From positions 6,882,001-6,946,000 of the forward strand of contig OX442314.1 in assembly GCA_949358305.1 (NCBI GenBank): a stretch of 64,000 nucleotides of DNA, in the 5' to 3' direction. Positions within the stretch are counted from its first letter, which is position 1. Each line of letters starts with the position of its first letter. The position numbers were made by a program, and so were the translations under genes. The notes beneath the pieces were generated by a model. That model made no database searches and was not told the origin of the DNA. It saw only the letters and a list, made by a program, of their open reading frames with translations. Source of the stretch: Strigamia acuminata (lineage: Eukaryota). Below are positions 1 to 11,995 of this stretch, in pieces.

Positions 1-1
1 T

Positions 2-3000
2 TTGGTCGACATCTGGCAGAAGTCGTGGATTCAATAAATGTAAGCGCGTCCGCATCTCACGCTGAAGGAAGGCGACAGCTGGTGAAACTTTCGTCGTAGC
101 GTGTGGCGTTGAGCGATACGATGCGATGAAACGAGATACGGCGTCCGACAAGGAAAAATTCAATGTTAAAAATTTGTCAATTTGAGTTTTAAAAGTCTTC
201 ACAAAACCCTCAACCGCGCCATTTGTAGCTGGGTGGTATGGCGGAGAGAGAGTGTGACGAATTCCATTTATCGCCAAGAACTGGCGAAATTCCTGCGAGG
301 TAAACTGTGGCCCGTTGTCGGTATGGAAATGCAATGGCAAACCGTGATTTTCGAACCAAGACTTGATAACCTCGATAGTGGCGGCGGCCGTCGTCGTTGA
401 CATCTTGCGCACTTCGCACCATTTGGTTTTGGCGTCAACCGCCAGCAGGAACATCGCGTTGTGGAATGGGCCGGCGAAATCGAGATGTACCCGTCCCCAC
501 ACCTGGTCTGGAACTGGCCAACTGACGGTGTTTGATTTTGGCGGATCGGGCAAGCTTCGCTGGCATACATCGCAATTCTTAACTGTGCGCTCGATGTCAG
601 CGTCGATTCCAGGCCACCAAACCGTGGCTCGCGCCAACGATTTGGTACGGACAATGCCGTAATGACCCGCATGGAGCTCGACCAACACCGAACGACGAAC
701 AGCTTTCGGAATCACCAACCTGTCGGAGAGAAATAAATATTCATCAAAGGTTGAGAATGAGTCTCGCTGTTTATAAAATTCAGCAACATCCAACGTCCGT
801 GATTCCCATCCGGTGCGAACATGTCGCAAAACCGCTTGCAATACTTCATCAGCTGCATATGCAGCTTTGAGAGAAGTAGCAGTCATGGGAAAATCTGAAA
901 TGAGAGTTGAATAAATTTTGTTAATGCCGACTTCTAAATCTTCTTTGCTGTCCACACTCGGTTGTGGATTACGAGACAAGCCATCGGCAATGGAGTTGTC
1001 CACGGCAGGCACGTGTTCAATAATAAAATCGTAGGCGGACAGAAATACTGCCCAACGATGCAGTCGTGCAGCCACGATCTGGTTACATCCCTTTTTCTCT
1101 CCAAATATAGAAACAAGGGGTTTGTGGTCCGTACGCAGGAAGAAACGACGCCCAAACAGGTAGTGATGGAATTTCCTGATGCCATAAATAATGGCGAATC
1201 CCTCACGCTCTATCTGTGCGTAATTCTTCTGCGCGGCCGACAAGAGAGAACTCGCAAAAGCAATGGGCTTGTGATTACCATCGGAATCAAGATGAGAAAG
1301 GAATGCTCCCACACCTACCGGGGAAGCATCAACCGTCAAAAATAATTTTTTGGACTGGTCAAAGTGGGCTAGCGCCGACTCAGTGGACACAGCAACCTTA
1401 ACCTTTTTCCATGTGGACTCGTGCTCCTCTGTCCACTTCCACTCGACATCGTCACGTGTTAAACGATATAACGGTTCGAGCAGAGTAGACAAATTTGCGA
1501 CAAAGCGACCGTAGTAATTGATGAGACCAAGGAACGATTTCAAAGAGGTTACATCACTGGGGCGCCTTGCATCTCTGAGTGGAGCGAGCTTTGAATCTAT
1601 CGGGGAAATACCTAGTTTGGAAATGTTTAAACCTAAAAACTGGATCGATTGCTGTAAAAAGTGACACTTCCGGCGATTCAACGTGAGACCGGCTCCACCG
1701 AACGTCGTCAAAAGCACGTCCAAATTTTGCAGGTGAACCGCGTTGGTCGCACCTGTCACGGCGGAGTCATCTATGAATGGTTGCGTACTATTCACCTTGG
1801 CTGTCAACTGGTCCATCGTTTGCTGGAATAGAGCGGGAGCGGACGAAATACCATAAAAGAGCCTATTTACCCTGAAAAGGCCCAAATGAGTGTTAATCGT
1901 GCAGGACATTTTGCTCTCCTCATCTAATTCCAATTGATTGAAAGCTGAATTCATATCCAATACTGAATAAGTTTCCCCTCCCGACAATTTGGCGGTCACA
2001 TCTGCAAATAAAGGCAAAGGATATGAGTTGGGAAAAATAGCTTTGTTAATTGTCCGGTTATAGCAACCAGCCAATTTGATGGTGCCATCAGACTTTTTAA
2101 CATGCATCACGGGCGTTGCCCAACGTGATGATGCAACCGGGGAAATAATACCGAGCGCTTGCAAACGCGCTAACTCAGCCTCGACCAATGGCTTAACTGC
2201 TATGGGGACTGGATAAGCTTTTAGAAAAATCGGCTGGACCGTTGGATCAACGTCAATGTGAACTGTGGACTTGTTAAAGCAACCGATTTCATCTCGGAAA
2301 GTGTGCTCGTGCTTCAGCAACAACGTTTCCAAAGCTTTGGCGGAAGTGGAATCGAGAACCTCGGACTGGTGAGCAACGGAATCGGCCTTGTAAATTTTCG
2401 CGCCGACCGCTTCAGCAGTTTTCGAAAGGAGCCCGAACATGCATAACCAACCTCTGCCCAACAACGGAACTGGACCATCCCGTGCGACACAGAGTGGCAA
2501 TTGAAAATTACGATTTCTGAACCTGACTGGAACTTCAGTAACTCCCTCCATCTGTATTTGGTCGCCTGTGTACGTGTACATGTTGCACGGGATGGTCTGC
2601 AATGGAAAATGAGAGAAATGTTTTAGATATAAATCAAGAGCAATAATTGAAGCACCTGCCCCCGTGTCCATCTCCATATCGAGATTGACACCATCGATAC
2701 AAATGGTAATCATGACAGGTTTCACACGTGGCAAATGCACGGAATTGACTGCAGTTGCGGGACCAGTGTGAACTCGATAGAAATCCATGTCCTCGTTAAA
2801 ACGAACAACGTGAGTGGAATCCGATGCTGGGACACGAGAACGACACACCGGACGAATATGTCCAGTTTTACCACAGCCGTGGCACTTGGCGTCCCGAAAA
2901 CGACACGAATCGCGCGAGTGGTTCGATTTCCCACAAGCCGAGCACCCCGACGCATTTCCCTTACTGGATGGTTGGTGTGGAGTTGGAAAAGCAACAGTTT

Positions 3001-3616
3001 TCTTCGTGAAACGCTTCCCGCCTCGTTTGTTCGGCTCGTATCGCGGCTTCGACTCGTGGAGTTTATGCACAGGAGTGGCGGCAGTATTCTGGGCAGCAAT
3101 AGTCGAAAATTCCTTCGAAGACACCTCAGCGGAAGCCGCAAAAGCAACGGCGTCGTCAAAAGTTAAGTCAGTTTTCAGGGTTAAGGCGTGTTGGACTTGC
3201 TCATTTTGCAGGCCACATAAAAAACGATTTCGCAGCTCGTCCGATTTATTATCAGCAAAGTCACAATTTTGAGCGAGATCTTGGAGAGCCAACGAGTATT
3301 CGGTGACGGTCTCCCCTGCTTGGCGATCACGCCGGTGAAATCGGCGTATTTCGGCCAAAACGAGCGGCTTCGGGCGGGCGTTCTTCTGCATGAGCGCTAC
3401 CAATTCGTCGTACTTGAATTCGGCCGGCTTCTTGGGTGCTGTAAGCGACACCAATAGCTTCAACGTCGGCATGCCCACGTACGCGAGCAGCGTGTGAACC
3501 TGCTCTTGGTCGTCAACTATTTTGTTGCAGGCGAAAATACTCGCCATACGCAAACAATAAAGTTCCCAATCGTCACTGGAATCGTATTCGCGAAGCGTGC
3601 CTTTCAACGTCGACAT
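2..3616 (-). CDS. Gag-Pol polyprotein, apparently one frame running off the window inside integrase
   Basis: Hand translation from ATG 3616 (MSTLKGTLREYDSSDDWELY): two CCHC knuckles (CSACGKSNHSRDSC, CHGCGKTGHIRPVC), protease MDTGA near 2670, RT FIDD near 1770, integrase ELHAGHYG near 670 and PYHPATNGAVE near 230. RT and integrase checkpoints are in the ATG frame. Its absence from the ORF track fits an ORF with no stop inside the window. Confidence 0.9.
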   Translation of the reverse strand, partial: MSTLKGTLREYDSSDDWELYCLRMASIFACNKIVDDQEQVHTLLAYVGMPTLKLLVSLTAPKKPAEFKYDELVALMQKNARPKPLVLAEIRRFHRRDRQAGETVTEYSLALQDLAQNCDFADNKSDELRNRFLCGLQNEQVQHALTLKTDLTFDDAVAFAASAEVSSKEFSTIAAQNTAATPVHKLHESKPRYEPNKRGGKRFTKKTVAFPTPHQPSSKGNASGCSACGKSNHSRDSCRFRDAKCHGCGKTGHIRPVCRSRVPASDSTHVVRFNEDMDFYRVHTGPATAVNSVHLPRVKPVMITICIDGVNLDMEMDTGAGASIIALDLYLKHFSHFPLQTIPCNMYTYTGDQIQMEGVTEVPVRFRNRNFQLPLCVARDGPVPLLGRGWLCMFGLLSKTAEAVGAKIYKADSVAHQSEVLDSTSAKALETLLLKHEHTFRDEIGCFNKSTVHIDVDPTVQPIFLKAYPVPIAVKPLVEAELARLQALGIISPVASSRWATPVMHVKKSDGTIKLAGCYNRTINKAIFPNSYPLPLFADVTAKLSGGETYSVLDMNSAFNQLELDEESKMSCTINTHLGLFRVNRLFYGISSAPALFQQTMDQLTAKVNSTQPFIDDSAVTGATNAVHLQNLDVLLTTFGGAGLTLNRRKCHFLQQSIQFLGLNISKLGISPIDSKLAPLRDARRPSDVTSLKSFLGLINYYGRFVANLSTLLEPLYRLTRDDVEWKWTEEHESTWKKVKVAVSTESALAHFDQSKKLFLTVDASPVGVGAFLSHLDSDGNHKPIAFASSLLSAAQKNYAQIEREGFAIIYGIRKFHHYLFGRRFFLRTDHKPLVSIFGEKKGCNQIVAARLHRWAVFLSAYDFIIEHVPAVDNSIADGLSRNPQPSVDSKEDLEVGINKIYSTLISDFPMTATSLKAAYAADEVLQAVLRHVRTGWESRTLDVAEFYKQRDSFSTFDEYLFLSDRLVIPKAVRRSVLVELHAGHYGIVRTKSLARATVWWPGIDADIERTVKNCDVCQRSLPDPPKSNTVSWPVPDQVWGRVHLDFAGPFHNAMFLLAVDAKTKWCEVRKMSTTTAAATIEVIKSWFENHGLPLHFHTDNGPQFTSQEFRQFLAINGIRHTLSPPYHPATNGAVEGFVKTFKTQIDKFLTLNFSLSDAVSRFIASYRSTPHATTKVSPAVAFLQREMRTRLHLLNPRLLPDVDQ

Positions 3617-3805
3617 CTTGATGGCAAGGAGGCGGAATATGGCACAAAAAACGCGAAAATTCGAAGCACAAAACGACTAGGCCTACTTCGGGGACGGCGT
3701 GGTCAGCGACGGTCAAAAACGGCCAAAAAGTTCATCAAACGATCAAAAAACTCACAAAAAGTAGATACGAAGCTGCATCTGGTTGTGGGTCGTCGATTGC
3801 GATCC

Positions 3806-3817
3806 TCCTCGTCGCCA
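3806..3817 (-). promoter_or_regulatory. Primer binding site, tRNA-Ser(GCU)-like
   Basis: Plus strand TCCTCGTCGCCA matches the 3' end of metazoan tRNA-Ser(GCU) and lies between the putative LTR and gag. Confidence 0.7.
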
Positions 3818-4212
3818 ATTATTGTGTATTTATCGTTGATGTAGTTAGTGGTCAAGAAAGCAACATGTCAGGTAAGTTAAACTAAAATGACTGATTTATT
3901 TTCGAAATACAATATAGGTGGCGCTGCTCTTAAAAGCGCCAAAACATAACGATTGGTCAAGATTGACCGATGGAGTAAGACACTCCAACTTCTACTCAGC
4001 GGCCAAGGTTGTCTAGGGGAAATGATTTTAACACACAAAATATAATAAAAGAAAATCGATTTAATTGTTCTAATATACGATGAAATTATATTGAAATGAA
4101 ACGGGCAAAATGTCTTCTCAAATGCAAACTCACAGTTACTCGGCTCCCAATATGGCGTCGACGGCGTCGCGTGAGAGCAGATTTTGGCAGAGCACACTTA
4201 GCAAGTTTTGGC

Positions 4213-4735
4213 GGGGTGCGTTCCAACGGCGAATCGCCTAAGGGCGAATCTGGCCATTCGGACGAATGGCGAATTTTGATCTTATTCTGTCCAAAAGCAG
4301 TCCCAATGGCAAATTTCTCCGAATTCGTCATTGGGAACGTTTTTTGGACCTTTCTAATGGCGAATTGATAGAAATTAGCCTCAGGGGCGCACATCTAGCG
4401 CGACATGAATCTGCCGCGACAAGCAGTCCCAAAAAATGGTTTTGCAGTAAAAAACCAGTAAGGTTAGGTTCGCGAGGGGTCAAGGGGGGGGGGCGCAGCC
4501 CTTCTTAGGAATTGGAAGTCGCGGTAGATGACGCTCACATTCGTCATTGGAAACGCAAATAACGTTTCCAATGGCGAATTTCAATATACACGTTTCCAAT
4601 GGCGAATTTCAATATACACGTTTCCAATGGCGAATTTTCCCAGATTTGCCATTGGAAACGTCAAAATAGCTTTCCAATGGCGAATTTTGGAAATTCGCTC
4701 TTATCTTAGGTGATTCGCCGTTGGAACGGGTACCC
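4213..4735. mobile_element. MITE with 8-bp TSD and GG termini, copy 1
   Basis: TIR core gttccaacggcgaatcgcctaa / ttaggtgattcgccgttggaac; TSD gttttggc at 4205-4212 and 4736-4743; second copy at 14372-14836. Superfamily (Merlin- or MULE-like) uncertain. Confidence 0.85.
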
Positions 4736-5190
4736 GTTTTGGCATAAGTTTGACACAGTTGTGAAGTTGTTGGAGGCAGAATCAAGAGTGATCCAAATGT
4801 GCCAAAATATCTGGGCGCTCAACAAATTCTGCGCAGAAAAGGGGATTACATACCTACAGCTAAATTGAGTAAAAGCAAAATGAATTTGTTGCGCAATGTA
4901 ACAATTGATCACACGCGCATTGAATAAGTGCAAAACAAATGAATTTACAAAGTAGTTGAATAACCGCAAAATTTGTAGAGTAAATGGAATTGAACAACAG
5001 CAAAATGAACAGATATTTGGATTTAACAACAGCAAAAAGAAGTTGGAGCATGTGTCCTACCATGATTACACTCTGCTGCAATAGGGTCAACCACCACGGC
5101 ACGCACGGGCCCTAAAGTACGGTATGCCTGGAATGACATCCGCACAACAATGGTGCACCACTTGTTGTTGCTGCAGCCCCAGTTGCTGCA

Positions 5191-5449
5191 GTGCCCCATG
5201 TTGCTGCAGTGCCCCTTGTTGCTGCAGCACCTATTGTAATGCAGGAAGACCACACTTGCATCACCTGCCTGACAGAGCCCAGGAATACACTTCTGATGCC
5301 GTGCAAACATCAGAAATGCTGTAGTAGTTGCAGCGAGCACCTGATGCATGATGAAGGCAATGAGTCATTGCCTTCATGACGCTGCATTTGTCCCCAGGTG
5401 CCCCACATGCCGGGCCGAGGTCGACTATATAATAGTTGCTTTCATTTAA
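5191..5449 (+). pseudogene. Disrupted C3HC4 RING-finger coding fragment
   Basis: CITCLTEPRNTLLMPCKHQKCCSSC then CPTCRAEVDYIIVAFI* (5399-5449) in another frame; frame broken at a palindrome at 5351-5377; in-frame stop upstream. Confidence 0.7.
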
Positions 5450-6549
5450 ATTTAAATTAAATTAAATTAAAAACACCAAAACACCAAGTGATAACATTGA
5501 ATAACAGCAAAACACCAAAACATTATAGTTGAATAACAGCAAAACACCTAAAATTAAAGTTGAATAACAGCAAAATACTGAAACTTAAAAGTGAACAACA
5601 GCAAAATATCATTAAAAATCAATTGAATTACAGCAAAACACCGATTGAATAACTGCAAAATAGCCAAATTAAATATTGAACAACAGCATAATACCATTGA
5701 AAACACATAGGTCTTAAATTGATTAACCGCAAAATAATAATTTTCTTTGCGCACCGACATTGATTAAGTGCGTAAAACACTAATATTGTTGATTAACTGT
5801 GTTTGATTAACAGCAAAATTCCTTTTTGCTGTTATTCAGTTTGCTGCAGTTACCACGTCCCCAGAAAAGCTGTGCAGAACACCGAAACACAAAGATCACA
5901 CGCAGCCGCCTTCGGGTCGCGTGCAAACCGTCCGTCAGGCGCGTGCGGCAAGGAGGGAAGCTCCTCTCCCAGCTCGTGCCAGCTGCAACATCAAGAAGAT
6001 GCGCCTTGCAGCGTGATTGGTCGATCTTGTTGCCAAGCCAAAATTTGGCAGACAATATTATTGAAACTAAATAATATTGAGTTTATTCTGTCTCTAGTTG
6101 GAATATATTTTATTCCAACTTATATAAGATAAAGCAAGAAGTAACATTGGGTTTTATTTATTAAATTGATTAGAAATATGGTGCCCACTCAAATAGGGAT
6201 ATTTGAGATCACCACAAATTGTTACAAATCTTTTGAAAAAAATTAATTTTAGGTCAAAAAAAATTTATTTTAGGCAAAAAAAAAATTGTACATTTACATT
6301 ATATTTGTTTCGCAAATAACACAACTAAAATTTCTTTCTTAACCATAATATTGAAATAACAATTTTAATAAATGTTATATTTACATTTTATTTTTAATGC
6401 TACAATATTTATATAATATTGCTTCAACGTGTATATTGTATTTCAGTTTAAACCATAACATTATTAGTACTACACATTAGGTACATTTCACCGCACTATA
6501 ATTGCCTTGTGTGTATTGTTTCAAACTGTTTATTGCAACTCCCTTTATT

Positions 6550-6653
6550 AATTTTAATTTAATGGTCTAATAAATTCTCAGCCCATTGTTCAATCAACCG
6601 TTATTGGCTATAACACAACCGGAAAGTTTTCAAACTTCCAGTTTCCAAGAAAA
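6550..6653 (+). promoter_or_regulatory. Core promoter of cluster gene 1
   Basis: Diverged copy of the block ttgttcaRtcaaccgttattggctataa found before all six signal-peptide exons; TATA-like at 6609. Confidence 0.6.
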
Positions 6654-8945
6654 ATGATGTACGCATCGATAATCGTCCTATTGAGTCTTGTCTCACTTGG
6701 TAAGTTAAAAATCAATTCTAACTTCATTTTTACGAGTTAAGGCCAGAAATATTCGTTTTTAGGCCCAAGACGTTCGTTTTTAGGCCAAAATACAAAATAC
6801 ATTAATTTTATTTTGTTATTTTATAAGAAAACATTTTGCTTTTGGTTTAATCCTCATTTTAATCTATTTTTTCTAAGCCCTAACGGACAAATATTGTGAC
6901 AAAGGAGGTTTAGGAGAACCAGCATGTGACAGCTACTGCAAACATAGAGTTGGTGCAGAGAGAATTGGAGATTGTAAAAAACACGGATTCTGTGCTTGCA
7001 TGCGTAAGAACTAGAAACTAACTACTTTTATAAAATCCGCATAATTGGTGACAAACATTTCCTTTTCACATTCTGGGGCCTTGTTAAAATGACCAACCTC
7101 CAACAAATATAGGCTTCTTTTATTCTTGCTGGATCAAAGCCCCAAATTCCAAAAAAATAAAAAATATACTAAAATCTTAGCAAACACTAGGGGGTTTCAT
7201 TAATTAAGCAATTTTGTAATTTTGCAACTTTAGCAATTTTACACTTTTGGATTTGTCACATGGTATCAGTTCCACCAATCATGTGTATAATTGCAAAAAC
7301 ACAAAACAGAAAAAATACACAATCACAAAATCAAAGGTAGTTTTGCTGTTTTGGCAAAATGATAGCAGCCAAACTCAATCCAAGTGGCCATCACCCATCA
7401 TAAATTGTGATTAACAATTACCGTACTGCCTTGAACAATGGCCCGGCGTGAATAAGCGCCGGGACTCGAATAAACGCCGGGGGCTCGGCGGCGCTTAGTG
7501 CACCAAACGCCGCCCCGAACTGACCCGACCGGGGTGGGGTCGGGTCATGAAAATAAATAAACGCCCGGGCCATTGTTCAAGGCAGTACGGTAGTTGCAAA
7601 AACAATCTCATGAATTTGCAATTTTTCAATTTTTTAAATAGTCACATGACTTCCTATCCACCATATTGGGTTTTAGTTATCTCCAACCAATTTTAAAATG
7701 TGATGCAGAATAACTAGTTCTATTTGTGTGATGGAACAAATTTTTTTTAATAAGGTGCATTTTAATAAATATAAGTTTCACAGATTGCACCAGAGTCATT
7801 AATTGAGTTTCCTAGCTGTTATACAGTCATGGATGTATCAGCATATTGATGATATACAAGGATACAAGTTGGCCACTTAGATAGAGCTTGGATGCCTCCA
7901 TTTTGTTTTGAGTTTCACAGGCCTCAAAATCACTTCTTATCAAAATCACAAAAACTACCTTTTAGATGTTTTTGGGATTTTGTGTTTGCACTCTCTTGTG
8001 CTTTAGTGAATGGGAATGTGATTGGTAGAACAGATATCACATGGCAATATTCAAAAATCACAAAGTTGTCCAGATCACACAATTGCAAAATTGACTGGGT
8101 TAATTCAATGTAATCCCATTTTTGGAGGCATCAATAAATAATGATTTTGTGATTAATGCAAAATCACAAAATTGCAAAATCATTCATATAATAAAACCCC
8201 CTATTGTTTGAACATTTTTCAAATTATGGCTCCAAAAAAGAGTTAGACGTGAGGCCCAGTCCATATATCGCTCACGGTACTGCAACGGCCCACTCCCTAA
8301 GCATTACCATGGTGAACAAGAGTAGAAAAGGAGCAGAACCCTTGTCTTGCGGTGGTCCTAGCGCGATTAAGTTGTACACTTTAATGCTGGGGGTGGGGAC
8401 ACACTAGGTGCGATGCGGCGCGAATCGCATTGCTTAGCGATTTTGACGTCATCAAAAAATGACGTCCGGTCACACCTGATTGGCTGCTATCAAAATCGCA
8501 GATCAAAAAGTACTTGGTGCATGTAGTACTTTTTTTTAGTTCACTCTTGCACCATTCCGCTTGCATCTTAGCCATTGGTTCCTGATGGTAACTTCTGAAA
8601 CAAGCACTCAGGTATTAAAAAAATTTAAACACTCCAGGAACTATCAGCAAACCTGTCAAACAAAATCTGGGACTGTTCTCACACTTTTTTGTTACGGAAT
8701 TAAGACAAAGCCATTATTATGCGACATATTCAACGCTGTTTAAAATGTCTATTATATATATTTATGTTAAAACAACAATAGATCCACCAAAAGGAGCAGC
8801 AGCACCAGCAGCAGCAGGAAAGGCAGGAGGCAAAGCGCCTGCAAAGGGAAAAGCTCCGACAGCGGCACCTGCTACAGAGGCAGCTGCTGCTGCAACCGAC
8901 GCAGCTGCAACCGACGCAGCAGCTACAGATGCGCCTGATGCGTAG
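6654..8945 (+). CDS. Gene 1: secreted single defensin-like domain with Ala/Pro/Thr/Asp-rich tail, 111 aa
   Basis: join(6654..6699,6878..7003,8782..8945), GT-AG phase-1 introns: MMYASIIVLLSLVSLALTDKYCDKGGLGEPACDSYCKHRVGAERIGDCKKHGFCACMHPPKGAAAPAAAG...TDAPDA*; AATAAA near 8983. Confidence 0.8.
6878..7003 (+). CDS. Defensin-like CS-alpha-beta exon of gene 1
   Basis: C-x9-C-x3-C-x11-C-x5-C-x-C with GDC; 126 nt between aag and gtaag. Confidence 0.85.
7190..8201. mobile_element. Degenerate non-autonomous TIR element in gene 1 intron 2
   Basis: Imperfect TIR gggggtttcatt / aataaaaccccc flanked by TA; internal inverted caattttg/caaaattg motifs. Confidence 0.45.
7421..7590. mobile_element. Tc1/mariner-type (CCGTA-ended) MITE
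   Basis: TIR ccgtactgccttgaacaatggcccgg and its reverse complement; TA on both sides. Confidence 0.85.
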
Positions 8946-10159
8946 TATTAGGTTAGCAGTCATTCTAAAAGAAACAAAAAATAATAAATATGATGTAGAA
9001 GAAATCTAATTTAAATAAAAGTAGAATTCAAAAATATACAGTATATATCTATTTTGTTCAAACTCACACCAATGCACACAATTACCAGCTATGAATTACC
9101 GTATATGAATATTTTGAAATTTGTCCGTAATCCTAATCCCTAGTTCACGTCAAATTTGAAATATAGATGGCGCCACTGTTTTCTCATAGACTTGCATGTC
9201 AATTAGTTTTATCAGGCGATCTTGCCTTAAAATAGGTCTTTTGCATTATTTTTTTTTAATATCTGTATTTCAAAGTTGGCATGAACTAGTGGTTACAAAC
9301 AAGCAAAACGCAACAAAATAGACCCTATTTTCCGTTTCGTGGCTGCAATCATGAACCAAGAATAACATTGACACGTATCCATGTGTTTTTTCCTATTGAT
9401 TCGTTGTTCTGTGCGCTGATTGGATGACAGCAATCACGTATCCTGTATTGCCTGCAAAACTAAACACTTTTGTTATCTGTTGTCATCCCAGAATACAGTG
9501 CGACTGTATATTGTGTGGAGCCATCAATGGCAATATGTTATCCTCGGTTCATGCGGCAATTGAGACGTTATTTCCTAAAATCGAGTTTTCCTAATATTAA
9601 ACACATAATTATTAGTCTACTTAATTCACTTAATTCAATTAAATCACTTCTATTAATTTCAGATTAATCTGTTAAAATGTTTGTTTTATTTGCTTTTAGG
9701 AAAGATACATCTGACTTGTCAGTAAGAATTTACAACATTTTCCAAAAAGCAAGACATCTAATTTAAGCCTCAATAGTTTTAGGTTACAAAATTGAGTAGA
9801 CTAACGTTTTAAATCTTTTTTCTCAAAACTTTTCAGAAAAAGATAATTTTTAAAATCAGTTATAGACTAATTGGATCGTGCTCTACAACTTTCTAATTCA
9901 CTTTTTCTCTCTATCTGTCACAGTTCTCGAGTTACAATATGGATGACCTTCAAGATGACCTTTGAGGTCAAGTTGGATGTCATTTGGATTTCCCCCAAAA
10001 TACTACTTTGACAATCATTTTACTAAATCAAAATCTAAAACAGTTTGGAATTACTCAGTATTTACTGTAAACCCGACTTTTAGACCACACTGTATGTGAC
10101 CAGTTGCAACTTATCTCAGTATACATACTTGCCATTGTGCAAGTACACATAACCTTATT

Positions 10160-10266
10160 AAATTTAAAATTAATGGCTTTATAGATTCTAAAAGCCTTTT
10201 GTTCAGTCAATCGTTATTGGCTATAAAACAACCGGAAAATTAACAAGCATCCAGTATCCTACAAAA
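10160..10266 (+). promoter_or_regulatory. Core promoter of cluster gene 2
   Basis: TATAAAA at 10222; CCAGT initiator-like at 10251-10255. Confidence 0.65.
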
Positions 10267-10771
10267 ATGAAGTGCATAATCATCCTCTTCTGTCTTGTCT
10301 CTGTTGGTAAGTTTAAACAAGAAAATATGTGAAGGCTTTTAGGAAATATTGGTGCTTCAAATTGCTGCCAGAGTGCACCACTACTGCACAATTTATTTTG
10401 TAACTGCCGTGACCGTACTTTTTTTACCCAAATCCAAAAACAAAATATACAGGCTTGTGTAGAATTTAATTTTACACAAAATGAGCCTGGTTTCAGAATT
10501 TTTAAAACCTTTCTAAGTGTCAAAAACAACGAAAAAAAATCTTCACATGCTGTCACACTGAGTCTGCTCTAAATGAGCAGTTCATGTTTCTGCCACTGGC
10601 AGCTGGAGCAGTCTACTTTTCCTGGGGGAAATTTTTAGTAAACTTAAAGCAAATTTAGTTTTATAATCTACACTGCCTATTAAATACTTGGCATAATAAT
10701 TAGATTAAGTTCACTAAAAATCTACTAAGAGTCGCCCTTGAATGGTAGCCACAGCTGAAACACCAAGAATA

Positions 10772-10977
10772 CCGTACTTTTGCAAAAGTATGGCATTGTT
10801 TCTGTATAAAACCTAATGAACGATGAACGTACGCTTCATTCGTGACGTTCAGACATTGTTTGTTTCACAAATGTAAACAAATGTAACAAATGTAACAAAC
10901 AAAAAACCGAAATTGTCATTGCTGTTAAAAATAGCAGTTTTGAATAAGAGCCGCGGCTCTTAATCGATAAAATACGG
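10772..10977. mobile_element. CCGTA-ended Tc1/mariner-type MITE remnant
   Basis: TA-ccgta ... tacgg-TA termini; internal TIR match poor. Confidence 0.45.
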
Positions 10978-11037
10978 TATTTCATAGAACTACAAAATAG
11001 TCAAAGCACAACCTACACCGGTGCCTACTGGACCGAC

Positions 11038-11214
11038 CAGTGGCGAAGCTAAAAGGCGGGGAGCCGAGCCGCCCTGGGCGTCATTCGGAAAGGGGTTACA
11101 CCCGTATAGGGATGACACCCAGCCAGGATTGAAAAGAATGTTGATTTTTACTGTTTTCGAGGGTGACACCATCGATATCCGCCCCAAGTGTCACCCGTGC
11201 TAGCTTCGCCACTG
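11038..11214. mobile_element. hAT-like MITE inside gene 2 exon 2
   Basis: Perfect 14-bp TIR cagtggcgaagcta / tagcttcgccactg; 8-bp TSD ggaccgac / ggacagac (one mismatch). Confidence 0.85.
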
Positions 11215-11384
11215 GGACAGACGTCAGGGCCAAGTGATGTGTAATTTTAAAAACAAAAGGATGGATTTAGTTCACACAGCAAAGTAAATGCGAACAGAGT
11301 TAACTGCAAGACACGTTTCATTAACATGTTATACCTTAATAGATATAATCTTTTAACCTCAAAAATATCACTTTGCAAGGTCAA

Positions 11385-11995
11385 AAACATATGCATTTTT
11401 GACCAATACGATGCATTTTTGACCAAAAACATGCATTTTTGACCAAAAACATGCATTTTTGACACGTTTCATTAACATGTTATACCTTAATAGATATAAT
11501 CTTTTAACCTCAAAAATATCACTTTGCAAGGTCAAAAACATATGCATTTTTGACCAATACGATGCATTTTTGACCAAAAACATGCATTTTTGACCAAAAA
11601 CATGCATTTTTGACCAAAAACATGCATTTTTGACCAAAAACATGCATTTTTGACCAAAAACATGCATTTTTGACCAAAAACATGCATTTTTGACCAAAAA
11701 CATGCATTTTTGACCAAAAACATGCATTTTTGACCAAAAACATGCATTTTGACCAAAAACATGCATTTTTTGACCAATAACATGCATTTCTGACCAAAAA
11801 CATGCATTTCTGACCAAAAACATGCATTTCTGACCAAAAACATGCATTTTTGACGAAAAACATGCATTTTTGACGAAAAACATGCATTTTTGACCAAAAA
11901 CATGCATTTTTGACCAAAAGCATGCATTTTTTACTAAAAACATGCATTTTTAACTAAAAACATGCATTTGAACCAAAAAAATATATTTTAACCAA
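11385..11995. repeat. 20-bp intronic minisatellite (tgaccaaaaacatgcatttt)n with a local ~150-bp duplication
   Basis: Direct tandem copies; no spacers. Confidence 0.95.

Larger units (their letters stand above)
1..4033 (-). mobile_element. Ty3/Gypsy LTR retrotransposon, Mag-like, cut by the window start
   Basis: Minus-strand gag-pol, PBS at 3806-3817 and a probable short 5' LTR at about 3820-4033. LTR limits are approximate because the partner LTR is outside the window. Confidence 0.9.

Noticed and set aside
5124..5324. Cys-rich keratin-associated or metallothionein-like ORF
   Set aside because: Alternative frame of a short Val-Ala-Ala-Pro repeat preceding the RING fragment.
11368..11947. 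Repetitive ORFs in minisatellites (also 15959-16309, 33449-33871, 51226-51681)
   Set aside because: Open frames arise from stop-free tandem units that are not multiples of 3 and lie in introns.
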